Origin: Candidatus Heimdallarchaeota archaeon
Lineage (GTDB): Archaea; Asgardarchaeota; Heimdallarchaeia; JABLTI01
Assembly (NCBI GenBank): GCA_030614005.1
Contig: JAUWKS010000002.1
Span: 30,001 to 62,000 of the forward strand
Direction of reading: 5' to 3'
Length of the DNA: 32,000 bases
The position numbers and the translations under genes were made by a program. The number at the start of each line of letters is the position of its first letter. Position 1 is the first letter of the stretch. Below, piece after piece: positions 16,865-25,491 of the stretch. Under the pieces are notes generated by a model, which was not told the origin of the DNA, made no database searches, and was given only the letters and a program-made list of their open reading frames with translations.

Positions 16865-18460
16865 TCAGGGCAATGGTGGTGATATGGAATAATCTTTCTC
16901 CCATTCAACTTCGTAAGAGTAGGTTACTTTGTATTCCTCACCAGGTTTGAGTTTTAGATTCCATGTTTGAATGCCAAGATTCTCTTTAACTGGTACTAAG
17001 CTGGGTTCAAAATTTTTCACTTTGATTCGTTCAGAGTGTGAATAGGGTATGACATCTTTGATGGTAATAGCAGCATCCAATTTTCTATAATTATTGATCT
17101 TCAATTCATATTTGTAAGAGATGGCTCGTTTACCTTTGATCATACCAGCTTTCTCCTTTACACGTTTGAGAAGCTTCTTTTCAGCTTTCATCTTTAATTC
17201 TTCGCGTGCGCCAAGTTTGAATTCTTCACCAGGAGCAATCTGATCAATATATGTTTCTCCAATGAACTCTCCATCCGCATACACTTTTGCATTACCTGCG
17301 AGAATTATTGCATCGCCATTTGTAATCTTATCTAATGCAATCACACCCAATGAAGCTGTAGCACTCCAATAGAATTCTTTGACTGTCTTTAATTCATGAG
17401 TAGTCAAAGTGACAGGATGATTATTCCCATCTGAAGGTATAGACCATTTGCCAGAAATTTCGAAGCTTTGAACGCCAGAAGGACTTTCTTTGATTTGTGC
17501 TGTAGGTTCATCCATAATTGCTAATTCTTCTAGTGCGTCTTCTCGTTCATAATCCTTAGCAACTTCCTTAGCCATTTTCTTCATTTTCCTCATTGGAGCA
17601 GGTGCTGAAGCATAGCTTGCCATTCTGGAGCTAGGAGAATAGATATCAATATAAAACGGATTTGGATCGATGATTCTAATAGGTTTGAATACTGCTGTAG
17701 ATATAGTTAAAGCTACGTTTTTCCAATCTTCCAAGGTACGATTATTTACTAAAGCGACACCCTTCAGCACAGCATTTTCAATTTTTAAATCAACATCATA
17801 ACTTGGTTCCCAGCTAACACCTTTGGCTTGATAAGAAAAATCGAAAATAAAAGGACCAGCTTGTGTAACATCTACACCGATGACAATATCAGTTGTTTGT
17901 TCAACATGTGACAAATTTCTAAATTCATTTATCTCTGCTTGCAATGTTTGAATTTTAAGAGTTAATTTCTCAATATCATCTTCAAACTTTTGACGCTTCT
18001 TCATATTTGCATCTTTTGACTTTGTTTCAAAAGCAAGAAATTCGGAAAGAGTACCGATTTGAGATTCTCCGGATGCTAACCATTGAGGAAACTCGGTTGC
18101 GAATTTTTCACTTAAAACTAACATTTTATCATTTTGATGTCGCGCAAACTCTAGTTTTTCTTGTAGAGCTACTAATTCTTTCTGGAGAGTTTTTTCCTCT
18201 TGTATAAGCTTCTTTAGCCCTTCATGTGACACTTCCTCTTGATATTTTGTTTCAACATCAATAGCACCCAATGAACCTTTACCTTTTCCAGAAACTCTAA
18301 CACTATCTTTTATCAGTTTCTTTGTTAGGCCAGGTACTCGCACTAACTGATAACCTTTCTTTAGTTCAGTTTTTCCAGAACGGAAAATTCTGGCACCATC
18401 AAAATATACTACAACTCTTCCAATTGTAGTCTTTAAAATTGTCTCTGCTGTTTTTGACAT
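16865..18460 (-). CDS. DUF4139/DUF4140 (MuiA-like) family protein
   Basis: N-terminal VVVYFDGARIFR...DSVRVSG (DUF4140), coiled coil, SWEPSYD...VNNRTLEDWKNVALTISTA, SIPSDGNNH, GEEFKLG, IQTWNLKLKPGE (DUF4139). Confidence 0.9.
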   Translation of the reverse strand: MSKTAETILKTTIGRVVVYFDGARIFRSGKTELKKGYQLVRVPGLTKKLIKDSVRVSGKGKGSLGAIDVETKYQEEVSHEGLKKLIQEEKTLQKELVALQEKLEFARHQNDKMLVLSEKFATEFPQWLASGESQIGTLSEFLAFETKSKDANMKKRQKFEDDIEKLTLKIQTLQAEINEFRNLSHVEQTTDIVIGVDVTQAGPFIFDFSYQAKGVSWEPSYDVDLKIENAVLKGVALVNNRTLEDWKNVALTISTAVFKPIRIIDPNPFYIDIYSPSSRMASYASAPAPMRKMKKMAKEVAKDYEREDALEELAIMDEPTAQIKESPSGVQSFEISGKWSIPSDGNNHPVTLTTHELKTVKEFYWSATASLGVIALDKITNGDAIILAGNAKVYADGEFIGETYIDQIAPGEEFKLGAREELKMKAEKKLLKRVKEKAGMIKGKRAISYKYELKINNYRKLDAAITIKDVIPYSHSERIKVKNFEPSLVPVKENLGIQTWNLKLKPGEEYKVTYSYEVEWEKDYSISPPLP

Positions 18461-18506
18461 GATCTTCCCTCAGAGTTTTTAATATTCCATTTACAACAAT
18501 TTTCGC

Positions 18507-18520
18507 TTAAAAACCTTCGG
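18507..18520 (-). promoter_or_regulatory. BRE-TATA promoter of the DUF4139 gene run
   Basis: Minus strand CCGAAGG-TTTTTAAG about 47 nt upstream of the ATG at 18460. Confidence 0.55.
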
Positions 18521-18575
18521 AATTATGTCTTTCTCAACCATAGAATCATTTTTTACTATAATGACTAAAAATTAA

Positions 18576-18600
18576 TAAATAGGTTAATATAACCTATTTA
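18576..18600. promoter_or_regulatory. Perfect 11-3-11 palindromic operator, DtxR/IdeR-like core
   Basis: TAAATAGGTTA-ATA-TAACCTATTTA. The central 19-mer ATAGGTTAATATAACCTAT matches 14/19 positions of the DtxR consensus TTAGGTTAGCCTAACCTAA. It lies 38 nt upstream of the GTG at 18639. Confidence 0.7.
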
Positions 18601-18638
18601 CTGCGCTATTCAAAAGTTAAATAGAGAGGGCAAAACTG

Positions 18639-19106
18639 GTGAACAATTTTATTTCAAAGAATCACAAGATACTTGCGATATTTGGTGGAATAATAATTGT
18701 GCTAGTTATTACTTCAGGATTGCTCTTTGGTCCATTTAATGGAATTTTACCAGACTCTCTAAGAGAGAAACTTGGTTATAGCGTTAATACCAATGTTGAT
18801 GATGAAGTTACCGTTCAATTATTTATCGATTTTAGCGGTGAATTGCAAAACATCAATGTAACAATAACTATTCCAGCAAATCAAACTGCTACTGCCTATT
18901 CTATACTTCTTCATGCAAATCTAACTGTTGGATATGAAAACTATCCAAATGGAAAATATATTACGAGTATTGGAGGAGTTACGGAAGATATATCACATTC
19001 TTGGCAATATTTGGTTGATGATGAACCAGGAAATGTTGCCGCAGATAGATATGATTTACGAGCGTATGATAGCAAAAATGTAAGCTGGATTTTTAGAACA
19101 TATTAG
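18639..19106 (+). CDS. DUF4430 (transcobalamin C-terminal-like) membrane-anchored protein
   Basis: N-terminal TM; TAYSILL...GKYITSIGGV...SWQYLVDDEPGNVAADRYDL fits the DUF4430 pattern; several N-x-S/T sequons. Confidence 0.8.
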   Translation: MNNFISKNHKILAIFGGIIIVLVITSGLLFGPFNGILPDSLREKLGYSVNTNVDDEVTVQLFIDFSGELQNINVTITIPANQTATAYSILLHANLTVGYENYPNGKYITSIGGVTEDISHSWQYLVDDEPGNVAADRYDLRAYDSKNVSWIFRTY

Positions 19107-19120
19107 ATAGAGGTAGAAAA

Positions 19121-19870
19121 ATGTCTTATGCATCAACAAAAACTCTAAGAATTAGTAAAATCATTTTTGTAATGATATTATTTCAAATGACTATTGTCGC
19201 AACAAACAACCAAAAATCCGCTTCAGGAAGCTTGCCTATTGTATTATATCCAGGAGAAAGTTTCAGCTGGGTGATAGATAACATATCCATTGGTACTAAT
19301 GTTTGGATTAATAGCACATTATGGTTTACAATTGCTAATTGGCATGCAAATATTAGCGATGAAATAACATACAGTGTTAGTGATATTATCCAAATTAATG
19401 AAAAAGATTACACTAAAGGAAGTTTAACTATTGGTAATTTGTCATTGACAACCAATGATCATGCAATTGGTACAAACATAGCACTTTCATATTATCCTTG
19501 GGTTGGAGGTCTGATCTCTCTTGAGAGTGACTGGATGACAGTAGGGGATGTTTCTCCCTTTAATACTAATGCTAACATCACCATTGACACGGATTCAACA
19601 GCTACTATTCTAGGAAGTGAAGTTAATACAATCAAATTCAAGCTAAATGATAGTTTACAACAAACAGAATTGGTATATGAAGCAGTAACTGGAATCCTCG
19701 TATCTGGAAAAACAAGTGCATTTGGGTTTAGTTTAGAACTACATTTGAGCAGTTCATCAATACCACTCCCAACAGTTACAGCAGGATTACCACAGCCTGG
19801 ATTAATCTGCTTCTTGGTATCACTGTCGTTACTAACCTTTACTTTGAATATTAAACGAAAGAGAAGTTGA
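19121..19870 (+). CDS. Secreted/cell-surface glycoprotein with a C-terminal TM anchor and basic tail
   Basis: Signal-peptide-like N-terminus, six N-x-S/T sequons, C-terminal TAGLPQPG + hydrophobic helix + KRKRS (CTERM-like sorting signal). Confidence 0.78.
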   Translation: MSYASTKTLRISKIIFVMILFQMTIVATNNQKSASGSLPIVLYPGESFSWVIDNISIGTNVWINSTLWFTIANWHANISDEITYSVSDIIQINEKDYTKGSLTIGNLSLTTNDHAIGTNIALSYYPWVGGLISLESDWMTVGDVSPFNTNANITIDTDSTATILGSEVNTIKFKLNDSLQQTELVYEAVTGILVSGKTSAFGFSLELHLSSSSIPLPTVTAGLPQPGLICFLVSLSLLTFTLNIKRKRS

Positions 19871-19877
19871 TACTTGA

Positions 19878-20573
19878 ATGGAACAATCAATTGATAATCG
19901 AGAGGCCATATCCAAAGAGGGAGACTATGTCCATTCTGAAGGAGAGCATTCAAATAAGATAGCTGAATCAGCAGAAATGTTACAAGACTACTCACCGCAA
20001 AGAATGTCACTAAAAATAGCAATCTTGGCGATTTTTACTGCTCTTGGTCCAGTATTATCAATTTCCTTTATTTGGGTTCCATATTTTGAATTAATGACTT
20101 TAACTATTTTTTTGGGAGGTATAACTTTAGGACCATTATTTGGTGCTATACAAGCAATCTTCTCAACAACACTTTATGAAATTATTGCCAGTGCTTTTCT
20201 TGGCGTTGGCTTGCCTATTTTTCCTTTCAAGATTCTTGGATTTCTTCTAGTGGGAATATGTGGAGGAATACTAGGTAAAATGTTTCAAATTAAAACATCT
20301 TTTTCTTGGAGAATCTTCATTGCTATTATAGGTGGTTTGCTAACGTTAAGCTATGATTTGTTAGTAAATATCGGAATGATCATTTTTCTGGATTTGCATT
20401 TTATCAGTTATTTTGCTACCTTAGCAATTGGCTTACCTGTAACAGCCATTCGAGTAACAAGTAATACAATCTTCTTTGCGTTTGTCCCAGAAATAATGAA
20501 TCGAGCTATAAAGCCTGCTCTAGATAATATATCATTCAATAAGAATAGAACAAGCACTAATTTAGAAAAGTAA
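19878..20573 (+). CDS. ECF transporter substrate-specific S component (CbrT-like)
   Basis: KIAILAIFTAL (AxxxA motif), PYFELMTLTIFLGGITLGPLFG, TLSYDLLVN; about 6 TM helices. Confidence 0.8.
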   Translation: MEQSIDNREAISKEGDYVHSEGEHSNKIAESAEMLQDYSPQRMSLKIAILAIFTALGPVLSISFIWVPYFELMTLTIFLGGITLGPLFGAIQAIFSTTLYEIIASAFLGVGLPIFPFKILGFLLVGICGGILGKMFQIKTSFSWRIFIAIIGGLLTLSYDLLVNIGMIIFLDLHFISYFATLAIGLPVTAIRVTSNTIFFAFVPEIMNRAIKPALDNISFNKNRTSTNLEK

Positions 20574-20823
20574 TTTTTAAACTGTTTTTTCATTCAATTT
20601 AGTTAAAAAGTGAAACCACAGAACAAACATAACAATTTTAAATTTGATTTTGTAATAGAGATTGCTTAATCAAAAATTAAGTGAAAAAATCTGTTCAATT
20701 TGAGCAAATTAGCGAGTTAAAACCACAAACTAATAGTAACAAATTAAATAGATGAAAATTGTTTATAGCGCAGAAAAAAAAATCGGCGGAATGCTTAACG
20801 AACTTGTTTCGGAGAATCATAAA

Positions 20824-21978
20824 ATGAGCGACATGACATTTCAAGAAGAAATGCGCCCACCAGAAGAAGAAGGCGTTTTATTAGATGTCCGTGGTATTAG
20901 GACTTATTTCTTTACAGAAGAAGGCGTAGTAAAAGCACTTGAAAACGTAGGCTACAAAGTTTACGAATCCAAAACTCTTGGTATTGTAGGCGAATCTGGT
21001 TGTGGAAAATCAGTAAGCGCACTATCAGTTATGGGTATTGTACCAGATCCACCTGGAAAAATCATTGAAGGCGAAGTCTGGTTTAGAGGTGAAGATCTTA
21101 GAAAGAAATCTGATGCAGAAATGCGAACCATCAGAGGAAATAAAATCGCAATGATTTTCCAAGATCCAATGACTTCTCTCAATCCAGTACTCACAGTTGG
21201 AGACCAAATCATGGAAGCAATTCGATTGCACCAGGATGTCGACCTTCAAACTGCAAGAGAAAATGCTATCAAGATTATGGATCTTGTAGGAATTCCAAGT
21301 GCCGCCGACCGAGTTGACGATTATCCATTTATGTTCTCAGGAGGTATGAGACAGCGAGTTATGATTGCTATGGCTCTCTCATGCAACCCAGAATTACTTG
21401 TAGCAGATGAACCAACAACTGCTCTTGACGTCACTATTCAAGCACAAATTTTGAACATTTTCAAAGCCATTCGTAATGAATTTAATATGTCCATTATGCT
21501 CATTACTCACGACCTTGGAGTAATTGCAGAACTTTGTGATTATACAACAGTTATGTATGCAGGATATATTGTAGAATATGCTACGACCATTGAATTGTTC
21601 AAGAATCCAATGCACCCTTACACTATTGCTTTATTAGGTGCTATTCCTAAACCTGAGACTAGAAAGGATGACGAGTTAACCATCATTCCTGGTTCTATTC
21701 CAAGTTTAATCACCCCTCCCCTAGGTTGTCGATTCCATCCAAGATGTTCTCACACAATGGAAATGTGCAAAACAGTTATTCCTCTACTAAGACAAGTTGC
21801 ACCTCATCATACAGTGCGCTGTCACTTATTCAATAAATATCCTGTCTCTGAAGTTGAAGAATATACAACGAAAATGCGTGAAGCATACCAGCATGATCAA
21901 ATGGAAATTATTGAAGAGAAAGGTCTTGGAAAGAAAATAGCAAAAGCATTTAAACGAGATAAGGAAAAACTAGAATAG
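20824..21978 (+). CDS. oppD: Oligopeptide/dipeptide ABC transporter ATP-binding subunit (OppD/DppD-like)
   Basis: [51 protein letters not shown] and Cys-rich GCRFHPRC tail. ATG 20824 has a GGAG RBS; the ORF could start at 20752. Confidence 0.92.
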   Translation: MSDMTFQEEMRPPEEEGVLLDVRGIRTYFFTEEGVVKALENVGYKVYESKTLGIVGESGCGKSVSALSVMGIVPDPPGKIIEGEVWFRGEDLRKKSDAEMRTIRGNKIAMIFQDPMTSLNPVLTVGDQIMEAIRLHQDVDLQTARENAIKIMDLVGIPSAADRVDDYPFMFSGGMRQRVMIAMALSCNPELLVADEPTTALDVTIQAQILNIFKAIRNEFNMSIMLITHDLGVIAELCDYTTVMYAGYIVEYATTIELFKNPMHPYTIALLGAIPKPETRKDDELTIIPGSIPSLITPPLGCRFHPRCSHTMEMCKTVIPLLRQVAPHHTVRCHLFNKYPVSEVEEYTTKMREAYQHDQMEIIEEKGLGKKIAKAFKRDKEKLE

Positions 21979-22143
21979 AAGCAAGAACAAACAACTTTTT
22001 TATTTTGTTTGGTAAGAATTCTTCTTCTTTCCACCTTATTTTTCTCTTTTTCAATCTTTTTTTCAACTTTTTATAGTAAGCAAAAGAAAAATAAAGGGCA
22101 CCTCTGTCTATATCAAGAAACTTTTCACAGTGGGTTAAAAAAA

Positions 22144-22344
22144 ATGACTAAAGTTCCTCGAATAAATCGCTATGAATGCAGTGGGTGTAGTTTCTGTGCT
22201 TTATCTCTTCCAGGAGTATTCCGGTTAACACCTGAAGGTATATCTGAAGTTTATGCACCAACTAACGCAAAACCTGTAGAGATTCAGAAAGTGATTGATA
22301 ATTGCCCAGTTAATTGTGTTCATTGGTTCAAAGTAAATAACTGA
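22144..22344 (+). CDS. Small single-cluster ferredoxin
   Basis: MTKVPRINRYECSGCSFC...IDNCPVNCVHW (CxxCxxC...CP). The ORF-track extension to 22009 is T-rich intergenic DNA. Confidence 0.85.
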   Translation: MTKVPRINRYECSGCSFCALSLPGVFRLTPEGISEVYAPTNAKPVEIQKVIDNCPVNCVHWFKVNN

Positions 22345-22503
22345 TTAACAACTTCATTATTAATTAATTCATGAACCACGACGATTAAAGAAAGTAAATT
22401 GGGCTAAATAGACAAAAAAATAAGTAATTTGTTTTAGTATTTTTACTCTTATAGAACATTATTTTACAAAAGAGAAAAGACAAAAAATGTCAAATGACAA
22501 AAT

Positions 22504-22794
22504 CTATCCGGTTCGTAAAATGATATGATAACCAAACTTTGTTTTTACTAAATCAGACATTTGACCTACTTCTAAAGCAAAAACAGCTTTATCGAATTCT
22601 CTAACCATTTGACCACGACCAAAGGCACCGAGATTACCGCCTTTTTTTGCAGAGGAACACGTAGACTTACTCTTAGCTAGCTTCTTGAAAAGATCTGCTC
22701 TTCTACCTGCAGGAACTGACTTTAACTGATTAAGTATTTCTTGTGCTTGTCCTTGTTTTGGAACCAAAATATGTGATGCTTTTATTTTACTCAT
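22504..22794 (-). CDS. ppiC: Parvulin-type peptidyl-prolyl cis-trans isomerase (single domain)
   Basis: KASHILV, FKKLAKSKSTC, GGNLGAFGRGQMVREFDKAVF, VKTKFGYHII; GGTGA RBS before ATG 22794. Confidence 0.94.
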   Translation of the reverse strand: MSKIKASHILVPKQGQAQEILNQLKSVPAGRRADLFKKLAKSKSTCSSAKKGGNLGAFGRGQMVREFDKAVFALEVGQMSDLVKTKFGYHIILRTG

Positions 22795-22972
22795 ATGATT
22801 CACCAAGTATGATATTATTACTGTGAATATTTCCCAGTTAAAAAGTTTAGTCTAATTTTTGACTCAAAATAATATGAAAAAAATCACTAATTCTAAATAT
22901 ATGAAGAAATCTAAGCTCATTTATTAAACCAAGAATTTCATTTGGATATTTAGTAACCTCGAGCTGAAGAAA

Positions 22973-23998
22973 ATGTTACCAGAACATATTGATATTGCCC
23001 ATGGCGCTGGCGGTACAAAAATGGATGAACTCCTAGAGCTTATTATGAAAAACATCTCTTTAAGAAAAGTTGGAGATGGTATAGGACTAGATGAAAAAGA
23101 TGATGGAGCAACTATTCGGATAGGAGACAAAAGAATAGTTGCATCTATTGATGGTCATACCGTTCATCCAATATTCTTCCCTGGTGGAGACCTTGGTCAA
23201 CTTGCAATAACGGGAACTATAAATGATATTTGTGTTATGGGTGGAAAACCTATCGCAATACTCTCAAGTTTAATTATAGAAGAAGGATTTGCTGTGAAAG
23301 ATTTACAAAAAATCGTTGATTCTATGGCAGAAACAGCGAAACAAGCAAATGTAGCGATAGTTGCTGGGGATACGAAAGTAATGCCAAAAGGAACTTTGGA
23401 TCAAATAGTTGTTATTACTTCAGGTATTGGTATTATAGAAAATGATGATTTAGATATAAGAGATTCAAATTTGAAACCTGGCGATAAAATAATTATATCT
23501 GGAACTGTTGGTGACCATGGAATTGCACTTATGGCGGGTAGAGAAGGAATTTCTTTTGAAACGGAGTTGGTATCTGATGTCGCCTCTGTTCAGGATATTG
23601 TAAATGCTGCATTACAAATAGGTGGAGTGGTTTCAATGAAAGACCCTACTAGAGGAGGATTAGCTTCTGCATTAAATGAATTAGCAAGTAAATCCAAAAT
23701 AAGCATCTGGATAGAAGATGAGAAGATACCTATCAAACCTGCCGTAAATGCTGCAAGTGAAATGCTAGGACTAGAACCTTTAGGCGTTACTTGTGAAGGA
23801 AGAGTAATCATAGGGGTCAAAGCAGAAAAAGCTGATGAGGTTTTAGAAGCAATAAAGAAAGTACCACATGGAGAAGCAGCAGCGATTATTGGCGAGGTTA
23901 GAGAAGAACGACCTGGTTATGTGCTCTCGAAAACCCTTGTAGGTGGTCATAGAATAATTGAAAAACCAATAGGTGAGCAGATACCAAGAGTATGTTAA
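22973..23998 (+). CDS. hypE: [NiFe]-hydrogenase maturation protein HypE
   Basis: AHGAGG, DGHTVHPIFFPGGDLG, AGDTKV, MKDPTRGGLA, C-terminal PRVC. Confidence 0.95.
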   Translation: MLPEHIDIAHGAGGTKMDELLELIMKNISLRKVGDGIGLDEKDDGATIRIGDKRIVASIDGHTVHPIFFPGGDLGQLAITGTINDICVMGGKPIAILSSLIIEEGFAVKDLQKIVDSMAETAKQANVAIVAGDTKVMPKGTLDQIVVITSGIGIIENDDLDIRDSNLKPGDKIIISGTVGDHGIALMAGREGISFETELVSDVASVQDIVNAALQIGGVVSMKDPTRGGLASALNELASKSKISIWIEDEKIPIKPAVNAASEMLGLEPLGVTCEGRVIIGVKAEKADEVLEAIKKVPHGEAAAIIGEVREERPGYVLSKTLVGGHRIIEKPIGEQIPRVC

Positions 23999-24143
23999 TA
24001 AGAAGTTTATTAGATAGGTAAGCATATAACTATGTGAAGAGCATAAAAACTCTTTTTAAGAGCTAAATTATAGTTCAAAGGTATTATGAGATTTTTATCA
24101 CTCTCAGAGGATAATAAAAACTAATCAATGGAGGATTTGCAAT

Positions 24144-24986
24144 TTGAAAGTCCAAGATGTAATGACTACAGATCCAGTATGTGTTATAGTTCCGGGTTCA
24201 AGAGATGATTTATTCGAATTAATTCGAGAACATAATATAACTAGTTTTCCTGTTCTAAAAGAAGGAACAAAACAAGTGGTCGGAATAATTACCGAAACAG
24301 ATATTGTAAGCAAACCATCTGAAACTCAATTAGCACTTTTAATGACAAAAAATCCAAAGACAATTTCTCCAAAAACGGCTATTTCAGAAGCAATTAAGCT
24401 TATGACTGAAAATGATTTCAGACAAATGCCAGTGGTAAATTCCAAGGGTTTTGTTGGAATGATTACTATTGGAGATATTATATCCAAAGTAATTGCAATA
24501 ACATCTTCTGAAAAAACAATTGAAGAATACATGTCCAGTGCTGTATTAGGTATCTGGCAAGAAACACCATTACCAGTTGCCCTAAAAGTGATGAACTATG
24601 CTGGAGCAGAATCAGCATTAGTTTTCGATGATGAAGGAACAATGGTTGGCATAACCACTGTAGTTGATTTTGTTAAATTCTTTGAAGCTATAAGCAGTGA
24701 AAAAAGAACTGATAACACTGCAGGTGAAGGAAAAGAAGGAAGTTGGGATGCGGTCTCAACAATTATCATCCATACAAAGGATTTGACCTTACCAAAAGTA
24801 CCATTAAAAGAAATCATGACCAAAGAAGTTGTTACTACCTTTAGCAAAGCTACTCTCAGTGATGTGGCAAAGAAGATGAGACGAATGGCCCTTTACCAAA
24901 TGCCAGTAGTCAATTCAAAAGGAACCATCATTGGCATGATCCGTGATTTTGATTTATTGAAAGCTTATGCAGGAAAAGATGAATAA
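24144..24986 (+). CDS. CBS-domain protein (two Bateman modules)
   Basis: Four CBS repeats (VQDVMTTDPV, LMTKNPKTI, EYMSSAV, EIMTKEVVT); TTG start with GGAGGA RBS. Confidence 0.92.
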   Translation: MKVQDVMTTDPVCVIVPGSRDDLFELIREHNITSFPVLKEGTKQVVGIITETDIVSKPSETQLALLMTKNPKTISPKTAISEAIKLMTENDFRQMPVVNSKGFVGMITIGDIISKVIAITSSEKTIEEYMSSAVLGIWQETPLPVALKVMNYAGAESALVFDDEGTMVGITTVVDFVKFFEAISSEKRTDNTAGEGKEGSWDAVSTIIIHTKDLTLPKVPLKEIMTKEVVTTFSKATLSDVAKKMRRMALYQMPVVNSKGTIIGMIRDFDLLKAYAGKDE

Positions 24987-25125
24987 GTGACTATTCATCT
25001 CATTTTCCTTGTTTTTTACTATTTTTTTATTAAATATCATCTAAACCAACAGAAAAAGATATATTTTCATAAGATGGTTGATTGACAATCACATATAACA
25101 CATCGACTACTTAGGTGATTCTACA

Positions 25126-25419
25126 ATGTCAAAATCCAAAGCATCCGAACCCAATGTTGTATTCATTGGCTCTAAATCCGTTATGTCCTACGTTCTTGCC
25201 TGTATTACTCAACTGAACGAAGGCAATCAAGATTTAATTTTGAAAGCAAGAGGGCGTGCTATTAGCCGTGCTGTCGATACTGCCGAAATTATTCGTCATC
25301 GATTTGTACCAGATGCTCAAATAAAAAATATTGAAATTAGCACTGAGAAAATTGAACGAAGCGAAGGCGGAACAGCCAATGTCTCAGCAATTGAGATCAC
25401 TATTAGCAAAAAGAAATAA
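25126..25419 (+). CDS. albA: Archaeal chromatin protein Alba
   Basis: [39 protein letters not shown]; AGGTGA RBS. Confidence 0.97.
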   Translation: MSKSKASEPNVVFIGSKSVMSYVLACITQLNEGNQDLILKARGRAISRAVDTAEIIRHRFVPDAQIKNIEISTEKIERSEGGTANVSAIEITISKKK

Positions 25420-25437
25420 GCTTTTCTTCCCAAATTG

Positions 25438-25466
25438 CACGGTTGACGAAACGGTAATCAACCGTG
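25438..25466. terminator. GC-rich hairpin between convergent alba and phosphodiesterase genes
   Basis: CACGGTTGA-(11 nt)-TCAACCGTG, followed by a T-rich tract on the + strand. Confidence 0.5.
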
Positions 25467-25491
25467 ATTAATTCTTTTTTCCTTCTTTTCA

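Noticed and set aside
19492-20022. 176-aa minus ORF overlapping the DUF4430 operon
   Set aside because: It spans two coupled + genes in antisense, with no recognisable domain.
22009-22143. N-terminal extension of the ferredoxin ORF
   Set aside because: It translates a T-rich terminator/promoter spacer; the ferredoxin sequence begins at ATG 22144.
25438-25466. Hairpin considered as a SECIS element
   Set aside because: It lacks a recognisable SECIS core, and no nearby gene has an in-frame TGA; the only internal stop found is TAA.
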